This document shows, in pieces, positions 35,800 to 46,004 of a DNA stretch of 64,000 nucleotides (position 1 is its first letter; each line of letters opens with the position of its first letter). Made by a program: the position numbers and the translations under genes. This stretch comes from Eubacteriales bacterium (GTDB lineage Bacteria > Bacillota > Clostridia > Oscillospirales > SIG627): positions 52,735-116,734 of the forward strand of contig JAZQJZ010000037.1 in NCBI GenBank assembly GCA_045541915.1, in the 5' to 3' direction. The notes below the pieces were generated by a model. That model had not been told where the DNA came from. It did no database searches and saw only the letters and a program-made list of their open reading frames with translations.

Positions 35800-36474
35800 T
35801 TACTTTTCGATTTCGCGGTTGTTATAAAGTTCTTTTAATTCTTCCAGCGGCTTTTGCATCAAATTCTCCAAAAGCTCCTGGAAGGTGCCGTCCTTGATCT
35901 CCTGCACGCGGTCCTTCAGATGGCCGCACTGGGGAGCGAGGTATTTTCCGTTGAGTCTTCTGGCAAGCATTGCCACCTGAGGATGGCTGATTCCGGCCGG
36001 GCAACGGGAAGAGCAGACACCGCACATAACGCAGTCAAAGCTTTCTTCAGCGCATTTTTCATATTCGCCTCTTTGAGCAAAGGCAATGTACTGCATTACA
36101 TTCAGTCCCTGGGTGCAGGCCTTGGTACAGGCGTTGCATCCGATACAGCTGTAGATCTCGGGGTAAAGCTGCATCATGATCTGTTCGGTGGGACCGATCT
36201 TCTGAATGTCATAAACCTGCTTGACAAGGGGGAAGAAGGGGAGGGTGGCAATATACATGTTGTCCTCTACCTTGGTCTGACAAGCCAGGCAAACCTTCAG
36301 CTCCGTGTCCCCTTTGATGCGATAAATGGTAGCGCAAGCGCCGCAGAAGCCGTTCCGGCATCCGCAACCGCGAACCAGCTGATAACCGGCATATTCCATT
36401 GCGCTCATAATGGTAAGATTGCTGGGTACGGCGTATTTTTTACCGTACAGAAAAATATTTACGGTTTGTTCCAT
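35800..36474 (-). CDS. Fumarate-reductase-type iron-sulfur subunit ([2Fe-2S] plus two [4Fe-4S])
   Basis: CRNGFCGAC...LACQ, CIGCNACTKAC and CVMCGVCSSRCP. Confidence 0.85.
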   Translation of the reverse strand: MEQTVNIFLYGKKYAVPSNLTIMSAMEYAGYQLVRGCGCRNGFCGACATIYRIKGDTELKVCLACQTKVEDNMYIATLPFFPLVKQVYDIQKIGPTEQIMMQLYPEIYSCIGCNACTKACTQGLNVMQYIAFAQRGEYEKCAEESFDCVMCGVCSSRCPAGISHPQVAMLARRLNGKYLAPQCGHLKDRVQEIKDGTFQELLENLMQKPLEELKELYNNREIEK

Positions 36475-36495
36475 ATGTGTTCCTTTCCTCAATCA

Positions 36496-37323
36496 TCAAT
36501 ATTCGTCCGGAAGCTCTTCCAGCTGGTCAAAGCGGAAGACCGGGCCGTCTTTACAGATGAATTTGTCACCCAGATTGCATCTGCCACACTTGCCGATGCC
36601 ACATTTCATACGCATTTCCAGGGTGGTATAGATCTGATCCTTCTGGAAGCCAAGCTCCTGAAGACCGGCAAGAGTGAATTTGATCATAATGGGAGGACCG
36701 CAAAGAACAGCAGTCTTGTTGGTATCAAAATTCAGTTCCTTCACAAAGTTGGGAACAAAGCCAACGTGACCGTCCCATTCCGGCTGCTCGCGGTCAATGG
36801 TCAGGTGAACGTTGATGCCGTCTTCCTTGCACCACTGACTGATGATCTCGTCGTAATCCACCAGATCCTGCATAGAGCGGGAGCCGTAGACAATGTCGAT
36901 CTTGCCGTAATTCTCACGGTAATGGCGGCAGTAATTGATGACCGATCTGAGCGGCGCCAGACCGATACCGCCGGCCACAAAGAGAAGGTCTTTTCCCTTG
37001 AATGCCGTCTCTACCGGGAAGCCGTTGCCGTAAGGGCCGCGAATGGTCACATACTGGCCGGGCTGGGTGGAGTGGAGAAAGCTGGTAACACAGCCGCACT
37101 TTTTGATGGAAAATTCCATAAATTCCGTATTGGTAGGGGAAGAGGTGATGGAAAAAAGTGCTTCTCCTACGCCGGGAATGGAAAGCATGGCGCATTGACC
37201 GGGAATGTGCAAAAAGGGTTTTTTACCATCGGGCGTTACCACCCGGAAGGTTTTGACATCGGGCGTATCAATCCGAACATCGGTAATGACACCCACTTGA
37301 GGGATCAAAGCTTCTTTTTCCAT
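36496..37323 (-). CDS. FAD/NAD(P)-binding oxidoreductase (FlxA/AsrB-like)
   Basis: RGPYGNGF, AGGIGLAP, CGPPIM and MKCGIGKCGRC...CKDGPVF motifs. Start MEKEALIP at 37323. Confidence 0.9.
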   Translation of the reverse strand: MEKEALIPQVGVITDVRIDTPDVKTFRVVTPDGKKPFLHIPGQCAMLSIPGVGEALFSITSSPTNTEFMEFSIKKCGCVTSFLHSTQPGQYVTIRGPYGNGFPVETAFKGKDLLFVAGGIGLAPLRSVINYCRHYRENYGKIDIVYGSRSMQDLVDYDEIISQWCKEDGINVHLTIDREQPEWDGHVGFVPNFVKELNFDTNKTAVLCGPPIMIKFTLAGLQELGFQKDQIYTTLEMRMKCGIGKCGRCNLGDKFICKDGPVFRFDQLEELPDEY

Positions 37324-38351
37324 TATTTGTCCCCTCCAATCTCTTTTGTAACTTTCACGATATTCATAGAAATGGGGCATTTGATCAAGCATCTGCCACA
37401 GCCAACACAACCGAAAATACCGTTGTTATTGGCAGGATAGTAAACCAATTTATGCATAAATCTCTGACGGAAGCGTTCCAGCTGGGTCAAACGGGGTTGA
37501 GCAGCTGCCATCTGGGTGAAATCGGAATACATACAGGAATCCCAGCAACGATAACGCTGAATTCCACTTCCGGTATCAAAATCCCGAATGTCAAAGCACT
37601 GACAGGTGGGGCATACGAAGGTGCAGGTTCCGCAGCCAAGGCAAGACTGGGAAAGGGGCGCCCACTTGGGATCGTTGAAGAGGTCCATCAGTTTTTCTTT
37701 TTTGAAATGATCGGTGGGAAGATTCTGCAAGGGAAGCTCTTTTAAAATGCCGCGGATCGCCTTCTTTTCCTCTTCCACCTTCTGGGGATCACAGTCCTCC
37801 AACAGGGAAGAAAAAGCAGAAAGAAGGGAGGTTCCTTTTTCAGTTTTTTCCTGGAAATACATCTGGCCATCTGCGATCCAGGCGGCAACGTCGCCACAAG
37901 GATCGGCCGCGTCAATTCCAAAGGAGGAGCAGAAGCAGGTCTCTTCCGGCATAGAGCAGGCGAGGGAAACCACAGTGGAATGCTCTCTTCTGTTTTTGTA
38001 GAAGGTGTCCACCGGGTCAGCCAGGAATACCCGATCTAGAATATCAAAGCTTCTGACATCACACGCTCTGGCACCGAAGATCACAAAATCTTCGTTTTCC
38101 TGGCGGATATCAATTACTTCGATCTTCTTGCCCTCCACCTTGAAGTTTGCCATATTCTCTACTTGAGGGAAGAAGAAATCCTTGGCAGAACGGTTGGTGT
38201 TGCAAGCACCGGAAAGGGTATCACCCTCCTGATATCTCCGGTATTCTGCGCCGGCTTCGGTATCCACGGGAAGGTACAGAGCCTCTTTTTTTGCAATGGC
38301 GGAAAGAAGGAGAGGGAGCTTTTCCAAAGAAATCGTTTTCATTTTGTTCAC
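37323..38351 (-). CDS. 4Fe-4S protein (FlxB/AsrA-like)
   Basis: CLGCGTCTFVCPTCQCF, RCWDSC, RFRQRFMHK and CVGCGRCLIKCP motifs. Confidence 0.88.
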   Translation of the reverse strand: MNKMKTISLEKLPLLLSAIAKKEALYLPVDTEAGAEYRRYQEGDTLSGACNTNRSAKDFFFPQVENMANFKVEGKKIEVIDIRQENEDFVIFGARACDVRSFDILDRVFLADPVDTFYKNRREHSTVVSLACSMPEETCFCSSFGIDAADPCGDVAAWIADGQMYFQEKTEKGTSLLSAFSSLLEDCDPQKVEEEKKAIRGILKELPLQNLPTDHFKKEKLMDLFNDPKWAPLSQSCLGCGTCTFVCPTCQCFDIRDFDTGSGIQRYRCWDSCMYSDFTQMAAAQPRLTQLERFRQRFMHKLVYYPANNNGIFGCVGCGRCLIKCPISMNIVKVTKEIGGDK

Positions 38352-39316
38352 TCTCCCTTCCCAAAGGCTTCTCCGGGTTCCATATCGTCGGTGGTGAAAT
38401 TGGTGAGAGGCGGTCTCTCATCGGGATTTTCGCCGGCTTGATAGGTGCCGTAGAAGGTATTGATATCTTTGATGAATTTGCGATTTAAAAGGTGCAGGGG
38501 AATGTTTTGAGGGCAAACGCGGGAGCATTCGCCGCAGTCGGTACATCTTCCTGCCACGTGAAAAGCACGGATAATGTGGAAATTCTGCTCCTCAAAGGAG
38601 GAAGCAGGAGCCTTGGAATCAATGCCGGAATTGGGATTGTCAAATACGCACTTTTCGCAAGTGCAAGCGGGACAAACATTGCGGCAAGCGTTGCAACGGA
38701 TGCAACGGGAAAGCTCCTTCTGCCAGAACGCGAAACGATCCTCGGAGCTCATTTTTTCCAGTTCTTCCACACCCACAAAACGCTGGGAATCCAAAACGTC
38801 TCCGTCCTCGCCCAGAATTTCGTCAAAGAGAATGTGCTTATGACTCTTGCAATGGAGGCAACGCTCTGCCAGAGCATCGGCTCTTTTGACCGTCTTTTCT
38901 CCGTAAATGGTGGAGACGGTTAGATTGTCGCCCTCTTCCTTGATGGTCTTAATGCCGCGCAGTCCCATTTTGCGTAGCGCCTCGATGTCCAGCTTTCCTT
39001 CGCAAGGAATTGCCACCGCCCACACCTTTTCTCTGTGGAAGCGATGCTCCTTTAAAAGCTGACTGAAAGAGTAGGTATCGCAAGGCTTTAAGAACACGGC
39101 AACCACGCCGTCCTTCAAGGTTTCTTTCACCAAGTACTTGGAAAGATTGGCACCGGAAAATCCGTTGTATACCAGGCCGTTTTCCACTTCTTCCGGGGTA
39201 CGGAAAATGTGGGGTGTCTGATCGTAGAAGAATTCGCCCTGGCTCCAGGCAAGAACGCGATCGGCTTTTCCGGATTTGAGAAGCTCAATGGCTTTTTCGC
39301 GAATTACTTTTTGCAT
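38348..39316 (-). CDS. 4Fe-4S protein (FlxC/FdhB-like)
   Basis: KPCD, CIRCNACRNVCPACTC and AFHVAGRCTDCGECSRVCP motifs. Confidence 0.85.
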   Translation of the reverse strand: MQKVIREKAIELLKSGKADRVLAWSQGEFFYDQTPHIFRTPEEVENGLVYNGFSGANLSKYLVKETLKDGVVAVFLKPCDTYSFSQLLKEHRFHREKVWAVAIPCEGKLDIEALRKMGLRGIKTIKEEGDNLTVSTIYGEKTVKRADALAERCLHCKSHKHILFDEILGEDGDVLDSQRFVGVEELEKMSSEDRFAFWQKELSRCIRCNACRNVCPACTCEKCVFDNPNSGIDSKAPASSFEEQNFHIIRAFHVAGRCTDCGECSRVCPQNIPLHLLNRKFIKDINTFYGTYQAGENPDERPPLTNFTTDDMEPGEAFGKGE

Positions 39317-39741
39317 CTCAGATCCTCCAATCTTCTGTTTTTACCCAAACGGGTCACAGTGGCAACAAAATCGTTCATGGTAGCGGCAAACTTGGCACCC
39401 TCTGCGGCACTGACCCATTCCACACGGGTTCTCTCTCTTTCAATGCCGAGAAAATCCAGCATGGAGAACAAAAGGGTCATACGGCGACGGGCATAGTAGT
39501 TGCCGGTGGTGTAGTGGCAGTCACCCGGGTGGCATCCGCACAGGATCACACCGTCCGCCCCTCTCTGGAATGCTCGGAGAATGAACATGGGATTGACCCG
39601 ACAGGAGCAGGGAACACGGATGATCTTTACGTTGGCAGGATACTGAAGGCGGTTGGTACCGGAAAGGTCAGCACCTGCATAAGAGCACCAGTTGCAACAA
39701 AAAGCAACGATGGTGGGTTCAAACTTTTCTTCTATTTGCAT
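39304..39741 (-). CDS. mvhD: MvhD/FlxD [2Fe-2S] subunit
   Basis: AFCCNWCSYAGAD, RVPCSCRV, GCHPGDCHY and WVSAAEG motifs. Confidence 0.93.
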   Translation of the reverse strand: MQIEEKFEPTIVAFCCNWCSYAGADLSGTNRLQYPANVKIIRVPCSCRVNPMFILRAFQRGADGVILCGCHPGDCHYTTGNYYARRRMTLLFSMLDFLGIERERTRVEWVSAAEGAKFAATMNDFVATVTRLGKNRRLEDLRCKK

Positions 39742-41723
39742 ATAGCATCTACCTCCGCCATGATTTGTCTGTTAGAGAAGCCGTGGAGGTCCATTGCGCC
39801 GCTGGGACAAGCAACGGTGCAAGCGCCGCAACCCTGGCAAACCGCAGGATTAACACTGGCTACGCGGCGTACTCTGGTGGTACGGTCGGGCATTCTGAAT
39901 TCTTTTTCTTCGTAAGTGATAGCGCCGTAAGGACAAACCTTTTCACAAGAGGAGCATCCGTTACAGAGCATTTCATCGGAATGAGCCACACAGGGGTTGC
40001 AGGTAAGGCTGTTCTTGTTTAAGAGACCGATGACCTTGGCGGCGCAAGCAGAGGCCTGGGCAACGGTTTCGGGAATATCCTTGGGGCCCTGGCAGCATCC
40101 GGAAAGGAAAATGCCGGCGGTGGGACTTTCCACAGGGCGAAGCTTGGGGTGAGCTTCGGTGAAGAAGTCGTTGGTGTCCATGGAGGCAGTGAGCATGGTT
40201 GCCAAAGGACGGGCAGATTTGTCTGGTTCAATGGCAGCGGCAAGGACCACAAGGTCTGCATCGATGGTAAGCTGCTTTCCTTCGATCAGATCGGAGGCGC
40301 GCACCATCAGTTTTCCGTTTTCGGGAGAGACCTTGCCTACCATACCCTTGATGTAATGAACGCCGTATTCTTCTACGGCTCTGCGGTAAAACTCGTCGAA
40401 GTTTTTACCGGGGGTACGCACGTCAATATAGAAAACATAAACCTCTGTATCGGGGTATTTTTCTCTGGTGAGCATGGCGTGCTTTGCGGTATACATACAG
40501 CAGATCTTGGAGCAATAGCTCTTTCCGCAACCGTTCCCGTCCTCGCGGCTTCCCACGCACTGCACAAATACGATCTTGTGAGGGTGCTCTCCGTCAGAGG
40601 GACGGAGCAGGGTTCCGCCGGTGGGACCGGCAGCGTTGGTCAGACGTTCAAATTCCAGAGAGGTGATCACGTCCGGAGATTGGGAATAGGCAAATTCATC
40701 GTATTTGGTCAATTCAATGGGATTAAAGCCTGTGGCAACTACGATGGCGCCGTATTGCTCCTCCAGAACGGTATCTTTCTGCTTGTAGTCAATGGCTCCG
40801 GCGGTACAAACCTTGGAGCAAACGCCGCATTTGCCGGTTTTCAGCATGGTGCAGTAATCGGCATCAATGGTGGCAACCTTAGGCACTGCCTGAGCAAAGG
40901 GAATATAAATGGCTCTCTTTTGATCCAGTCCCAGGTTGAAATCGTTGGGAACCTTCTTCTGAGGACATTTCTCGGTGCAAAGACCGCAGCCGGTACATTT
41001 GGTCTCGTCCACAAATCTTGCCTTGCGGCGGATGGAAACATTGAAATTGCCCACAAAGCCCTTGACTGCATCCACTTCACTGTAAGAGAAGATGCGAATC
41101 TTTTCGTTTTGGGCAACATCTACCATTTTTGGGGTCAAAATACAAGCGGCACAGTCCAGGGTGGGGAAGGTCTTATCGATCTGGCTCATCTTGCCGCCGA
41201 TAGTGGGCTTCTTTTCCACAATATCCACTTCAAATCCCGCATCGGCAATGTCAAGGGCGGTCTGGATGCCGGCGATGCCGCCGCCAATGACCAGTGCACG
41301 CTTGACCACGGGGCTTTCACCGGGGATGAGAGGTGCGTTCAGGTGCACCTTGGCAATGGCGGCTCTGCCCAGAATGATGGCCTTTTCCGTGGCGCTTTCC
41401 TTGTCCTTGTGGATCCAGGAGCACTGCTCACGGATGTTGGCGATCTCCACCATAAAGGAGTTGATGCCGGCAGCAGCGGCTGCCTTGCGGAATGTATTTT
41501 CGTGCATACGGGGGGAGCAGGAGCAGATCACGGCGCCGGTCAAGCCGTATTCCTTGATGGCATTTTTGATCTTGTTCTGTCCTTCCTCGGAACACATATA
41601 CTGATAATCTTCAAAATAAACCACGCCGGGCTCTTTGCCAAGGGCTTCGGCGACGGCTTTTACATCAACGGTTGCAGCAATGTTACTGCCGCACCAGCAA
41701 ACGAAAACGCCGATTCTTTGCAT
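39732..41723 (-). CDS. hdrA: Heterodisulfide reductase subunit A (electron-bifurcating flavoprotein)
   Basis: GVFVCWCG, CSPRMHE, NIREQCSW, GGGIAG, KTFPTLDCAAC, QCVGSR, CSKICC, HPKLRP and GPKDIPET motifs plus ferredoxin motifs. Confidence 0.96.
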   Translation of the reverse strand: MQRIGVFVCWCGSNIAATVDVKAVAEALGKEPGVVYFEDYQYMCSEEGQNKIKNAIKEYGLTGAVICSCSPRMHENTFRKAAAAAGINSFMVEIANIREQCSWIHKDKESATEKAIILGRAAIAKVHLNAPLIPGESPVVKRALVIGGGIAGIQTALDIADAGFEVDIVEKKPTIGGKMSQIDKTFPTLDCAACILTPKMVDVAQNEKIRIFSYSEVDAVKGFVGNFNVSIRRKARFVDETKCTGCGLCTEKCPQKKVPNDFNLGLDQKRAIYIPFAQAVPKVATIDADYCTMLKTGKCGVCSKVCTAGAIDYKQKDTVLEEQYGAIVVATGFNPIELTKYDEFAYSQSPDVITSLEFERLTNAAGPTGGTLLRPSDGEHPHKIVFVQCVGSREDGNGCGKSYCSKICCMYTAKHAMLTREKYPDTEVYVFYIDVRTPGKNFDEFYRRAVEEYGVHYIKGMVGKVSPENGKLMVRASDLIEGKQLTIDADLVVLAAAIEPDKSARPLATMLTASMDTNDFFTEAHPKLRPVESPTAGIFLSGCCQGPKDIPETVAQASACAAKVIGLLNKNSLTCNPCVAHSDEMLCNGCSSCEKVCPYGAITYEEKEFRMPDRTTRVRRVASVNPAVCQGCGACTVACPSGAMDLHGFSNRQIMAEVDAICK

Positions 41724-41733
41724 ATTGTTCCTC

Positions 41734-42120
41734 CTATTTTGCGTATTTTCTCATTGCGGTGACCAAAGCCTGCTGGGGCATATCTTCATCCAGCATGGAA
41801 GGGATCTGGTCGGGTTTTAAATGGTTCATTCCCTGCTGACGGATCACCATCAGTCGAACCGCCTCAATGAGCTTTGCCGGCTCCACCTGACGGGGACAAC
41901 GCTCCACACAGGCAAAGCAGGTCAGACAGCGATACAGGGACTTGGAAGCCATCAGGGGCTCAATATCGCCGCTTTCCACCATGGAAACAAACTGGTGGGG
42001 GTGAAATTCCATTTCATCATAAGAAGGACAGGTTCCGCTGCATTTTCCGCATTTCATACACTTGCGAGGGTTCACACCGCTGATGCGCAGAATTTCCTCT
42101 TTCAAATACTTCTGTTCCAT
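41734..42120 (-). CDS. hdrC: Heterodisulfide reductase subunit C
   Basis: CMKCGKCSGTCP and CLTCFACVERCP. Confidence 0.9.
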   Translation of the reverse strand: MEQKYLKEEILRISGVNPRKCMKCGKCSGTCPSYDEMEFHPHQFVSMVESGDIEPLMASKSLYRCLTCFACVERCPRQVEPAKLIEAVRLMVIRQQGMNHLKPDQIPSMLDEDMPQQALVTAMRKYAK

Positions 42121-42132
42121 TTGAACGCCTCC

Positions 42133-42909
42133 TTATTCCAAACCCAATGCTTCGAATAAAAGCTCGGTAAAATAAAGAACCGGGATCTCGCCGCCGCACT
42201 TTTGCAGATTGTAAAGGCAAAGGGGACAAGCGGTGATCACGCAGTCTGCACCGGCGCATTTTGCGCTGTGAAGAACGGCACTGCTTTTCTTTTGAACGCT
42301 TTCTTTGTCCTCCAGGGCAAGATAAGCGCCACAGCACTCATTGCGATAAGCATACACCACCGGCTCCGCGCCCAGAGCGCGAATGAAATCCTCGATAATA
42401 GTGGGGTTTTCCGGATCGTCAAAGGCCATCACTTTGCCGGGGCGGAGAAGAAGGCATCCGTAATAAGCGCCGATTTTCTTGCCGGTCAAAGGATTCTTGA
42501 CTGCATCGCGAATCTTATCAAAGCCCACCTTGTCACGGAGCATTTCCAAAAAGTGGAGCACCTGGCCTTCACCGGCGTAGGGCACCTCGGGTTGGAGGTA
42601 ACGGTTGACGCGATCGCGGATGTCTTCATCCTGCAACATATCAAAATTAACGCGTTTGAGAACATTGTGACAAGCAGAGCAGACGGTCACCACCGGCATC
42701 TTCTGCTGATGGGCTGCCATCAAGGTGCGCACAGCGGAAAGCTTGGTTGCAATCTCGTCCTTGGCCACGGGGTAGCAACCGCCGCAGCACTGCCATTCAG
42801 GGATTTCTTGAAGCTCGATCCCCAGAGCCTGGGCAGCCAGTCTTGCCTTGCGGTCAAGCTCTTTTGCTTTGGTTCTCAGGGTACAGCCGGGATAATACTG
42901 GAAAATCAT
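42133..42909 (-). CDS. hdrB: Heterodisulfide reductase subunit B (two CCG domains)
   Basis: YYPGC, WQCCG, VCSAC, YYGCLLLRP, ECCG and ACPLC motifs. Confidence 0.92.
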   Translation of the reverse strand: MIFQYYPGCTLRTKAKELDRKARLAAQALGIELQEIPEWQCCGGCYPVAKDEIATKLSAVRTLMAAHQQKMPVVTVCSACHNVLKRVNFDMLQDEDIRDRVNRYLQPEVPYAGEGQVLHFLEMLRDKVGFDKIRDAVKNPLTGKKIGAYYGCLLLRPGKVMAFDDPENPTIIEDFIRALGAEPVVYAYRNECCGAYLALEDKESVQKKSSAVLHSAKCAGADCVITACPLCLYNLQKCGGEIPVLYFTELLFEALGLE

Positions 42910-42934
42910 CTTGGTTTCCTTTCCGATTGGATTT

Positions 42935-44311
42935 TTAGGCCATGTCTTCGGGACGGAAGACTTCGTCAAATTTTTCTGCGGTCAAAAAGCCCAGTGCAAC
43001 GCAGGCTTCTTTCAAAGAAATGTCTTCTTTAAATGCTTTCTTCACGGTCTTTGCCGCATTTTCATAACCGATATAGGGGTTGAGCGCGGTGACCAGCATC
43101 AAAGAATTGTGAAGATTTGCGTGCATCTTTTCGCGATTGGCACGGATTCCGGTGACGCAGTTGTCGTTGAAGGAAACCATCGCCTCTGCCAAAAGACGGG
43201 CAGACTGCAGGAAATTGTAAATGCAAACGGGCATAAATACGTTCAACTCAAAATTGCCCTGGCTTGCGGCCATTCCTACGGCCACATCGTTGCCCATCAC
43301 TTGCACGGCAACCATGGTAATGGCTTCGCACTGGGTGGGGTTTACCTTGCCGGGCATAATGGAGGAGCCGGGCTCGTTTTCGGGAATGAAGATCTCACCA
43401 ATGCCCAGTCTGGGACCGCTTGCCAGCCAGCGAACGTCGTTGGCAATCTTCATCAGATCGGCGGCAAGTGCCTTCAGAGCACCGTGAGCAAAGACCAATT
43501 CGTCCTTGGAGGTAAGGGCGTGAAATTTGTTTCCGGCGGTGACAAAGTCCTTGCCGGTGATCTGGGAAACAGCGCTGGCAACTTGGGCATCAAATCCTTT
43601 GGGGGTATTCAAGCCGGTTCCCACAGCGGTGCCGCCCAAGGCCAATTCCTTCAAGGGCTTTAAGGAAAGACCGAGCAGTTCCTTGTCCTTTTCCAGACTG
43701 GATCTCCATCCGCTGATCTCCTGGGAGAATCGGATGGGAGTAGCATCCTGCAGATGGGTTCTTCCGCTCTTTACGATGCCTTCGTTTTCTTTCTCCAGAC
43801 GAATCAAGGTAGAAATGAGAAGATCTAAGGCCGGGAAGAGCTTGTCTTCAATGGCCTCCACCGCGGCAATGTGCATGGCGGTGGGGAAGGTATCGTTGGA
43901 GCTTTGGGACATATTGATATCATCGTTGGGGTGAAGTAGCTTTTCTCCGGCCAGTTCATTCCCTCGATTGGCGATGACCTCGTTTGCATTCATATTGGAT
44001 TGAGTACCGGAGCCGGTTTGCCAGACCACAAGAGGAAAGTGATCGTTGAGTTCGCCCCGCATTACCTCGTCGCAAGCGCGGGAGATGACTTCCAGCTTTT
44101 TATCTGTCATTTTTTCCGGCTTGAGCGCGTGATTGGCAATGGCAGCGGCTTTTTTCAGAACGCCGAATGCACGGGTGATCTCCCGAGGCATGATCTCAAT
44201 GCCTACGCCGATCTTAAAGTTCTCGTGGCTTCTTTCGGTTTGTGCTGCCCAGTATTTATCAGCGGGGACTTTCACCTCGCCCATAGAGTCATGTTCAATG
44301 CGGTATTCCAT
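42935..44311 (-). CDS. fumC: Class II fumarate hydratase
   Basis: [37 protein letters not shown] and [11 protein letters not shown] motifs. Confidence 0.97.
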   Translation of the reverse strand: MEYRIEHDSMGEVKVPADKYWAAQTERSHENFKIGVGIEIMPREITRAFGVLKKAAAIANHALKPEKMTDKKLEVISRACDEVMRGELNDHFPLVVWQTGSGTQSNMNANEVIANRGNELAGEKLLHPNDDINMSQSSNDTFPTAMHIAAVEAIEDKLFPALDLLISTLIRLEKENEGIVKSGRTHLQDATPIRFSQEISGWRSSLEKDKELLGLSLKPLKELALGGTAVGTGLNTPKGFDAQVASAVSQITGKDFVTAGNKFHALTSKDELVFAHGALKALAADLMKIANDVRWLASGPRLGIGEIFIPENEPGSSIMPGKVNPTQCEAITMVAVQVMGNDVAVGMAASQGNFELNVFMPVCIYNFLQSARLLAEAMVSFNDNCVTGIRANREKMHANLHNSLMLVTALNPYIGYENAAKTVKKAFKEDISLKEACVALGFLTAEKFDEVFRPEDMA

Positions 44312-44515
44312 TGTTTTCCTCCCATAATATAACTGAAGATTTTCAAAAACAAACACTTGTCATTTTAACAAAATTTTTGCGGAAATTCAAGCAAAGTTTT
44401 ACGAAAACCTTGAGTTACCAATGCAAAATTCGACATAGCAATATAATTCCATAGATATATAAATAAATTCCGAGAGAAATAGTGAATTTTTTTGTGCAAA
44501 TTGCCAATAGCGCAC

Positions 44516-44547
44516 AAAAAGAGCACACCGCAAAAGGTGTGCTCTTT
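44516..44547 (-). terminator. Terminator after the aminotransferase gene
   Basis: AAAAAGAGCACACC-gcaaaa-GGTGTGCTCTTT. Confidence 0.8.
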
Positions 44548-44552
44548 GAACC

Positions 44553-45770
44553 TCATTTTTGTTTGTAATCAGAAAGGAAATCTCCCAAGTCTTCCATGGC
44601 TTTTTTCAAAATTTCTTTTTCCGGAAGCATCACAATGCGGAAATGGTCATTTCCTTGCCAGCCGAATCCGGAGCTGGGAATGATCAAAAGATTTTTTGCG
44701 TGGAGCAGATCCAGCGCAAACTGTCGGTCGTCCCGGATGTTAAACTTTTCCTTGTCAAGCTTGGGGAAGAGGTAAAAGGCGGCTCGGTTTTTCACAAAAG
44801 AGATGCCGTCGATCTGTTCCAAAACACCGCAGGTGGCTTCTCTTTGATCATACAGCCTCCCGCCCGGAACCAGCATGGCCTGGGTGGAAGCGTTGTCGGC
44901 CATGGCGGCAGGAACTGCCAGCTGTGCCAGTGCATTGGAGCAAAGCCGCATAGAGCAAAGCTTTGTTAAGGACTCCTTCAAGGGGCCCCGCTTTTCTTCC
45001 GGTCCGGAAAGAACGGTCCAACCGCAACGGAATCCGCAAACCACGTGAGATTTGGAAAGGCCGTTGAAGGTCACCGTCAGAAGATCCGGTGCCATTGTAG
45101 CCGGGGAAACGGCTTCCAGACCGTCCATCACCAGTCTGTCATAGATTTCATCGGAAAAAATGGCAAGGTCAAATTCTCTTGCAATACCAACGATTTTTTC
45201 CACCAGTTCTTTGGAATAAACGGCACCGGTGGGATTGTTGGGGTTGATGAGAAGAATGGCGCGGGTTTTGCTCGTGATCTTCTCACGAATGTCATCCAGA
45301 TCCGGCATCCAGTCGTTCTCTTCCCTGCAGCGGTAGAAAACCGGCTTGGCACCGGCCAGGTGAGAGCAGTTTTCCCACAAAGAGTAATTGGGAGAGGGAA
45401 GCAGGATCTCATCTCCGTAACTCAAATAAGAAAGGGTGACCATCTGCACCGCTTCGCTGACACCGTTTGTGAGAAAAATATCGTTCATGGAAATGTCAGA
45501 GATGCCACGGGACAAATGGTAGGAAAGGATCGCTTCTCTTGCTGCGGGCATTCCTCGCATATCGCAATAGGCAACGGCATCATCCATTCCATCGGTCAAA
45601 GCCTTTTTCACGCTCTCCGGCATTTTAAAGCCGAAGGAGGCCGGGTTTCCCGTGTTGAGCTTTAACACCTTTTTGCCTTCCGCTTGCATCCGTAAGGCTT
45701 CCTCGTAAACGGGGCCGCGAATGTCGGAGCGAACCAGGGCGAGTTTATCGGAAATTGCAGATTGATTCAT
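44553..45770 (-). CDS. Class I/II PLP aminotransferase (AlaA/AlaT-like)
   Basis: Likely start MNQSAISDKL at 45770; DIRGP, KLNTGNP, NPNNPTG, SDEIYD and NGLSKS...GFRCGW motifs. Confidence 0.9.
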   Translation of the reverse strand: MNQSAISDKLALVRSDIRGPVYEEALRMQAEGKKVLKLNTGNPASFGFKMPESVKKALTDGMDDAVAYCDMRGMPAAREAILSYHLSRGISDISMNDIFLTNGVSEAVQMVTLSYLSYGDEILLPSPNYSLWENCSHLAGAKPVFYRCREENDWMPDLDDIREKITSKTRAILLINPNNPTGAVYSKELVEKIVGIAREFDLAIFSDEIYDRLVMDGLEAVSPATMAPDLLTVTFNGLSKSHVVCGFRCGWTVLSGPEEKRGPLKESLTKLCSMRLCSNALAQLAVPAAMADNASTQAMLVPGGRLYDQREATCGVLEQIDGISFVKNRAAFYLFPKLDKEKFNIRDDRQFALDLLHAKNLLIIPSSGFGWQGNDHFRIVMLPEKEILKKAMEDLGDFLSDYKQK

Positions 45771-46004
45771 ATCGGTACCTTTCTGTTTTAGCATTGCAAA
45801 AGGATTCAACGGAGGACAGTGTACCACAAAAAATTCAGTTTTGCAATAGGTTGGCCGAAAAAAATTTGGATAAATTAGTAAAAATGAAAATTTTTTCAAA
45901 AACGATGGCGAGAAAGAGTTCTTGGGTGTTTTTTGACTTGGAATTTCACCCTTGACAAAAAGGGAAAAGGACGTTACTCTTTTTTTAAGAGCAAAAGAGG
46001 AACA

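Noticed and set aside
39304-41723. Selenocysteine recoding in HdrA/MvhD
   Set aside because: Both ORFs are uninterrupted and have Cys at the motif positions.
34726-43663. Long plus-strand ORFs (34726-35838, 35854-37440, 40149-41762, 42202-43032, 42911-43663)
   Set aside because: Antisense shadows of the hdr-flx-fumC genes.
44340-44520. Rex operator upstream of fumC
   Set aside because: Only a half-site (TTGTTAA) and a TTGTGC-N13-GCACAA palindrome with the wrong spacing are visible; not supportable.
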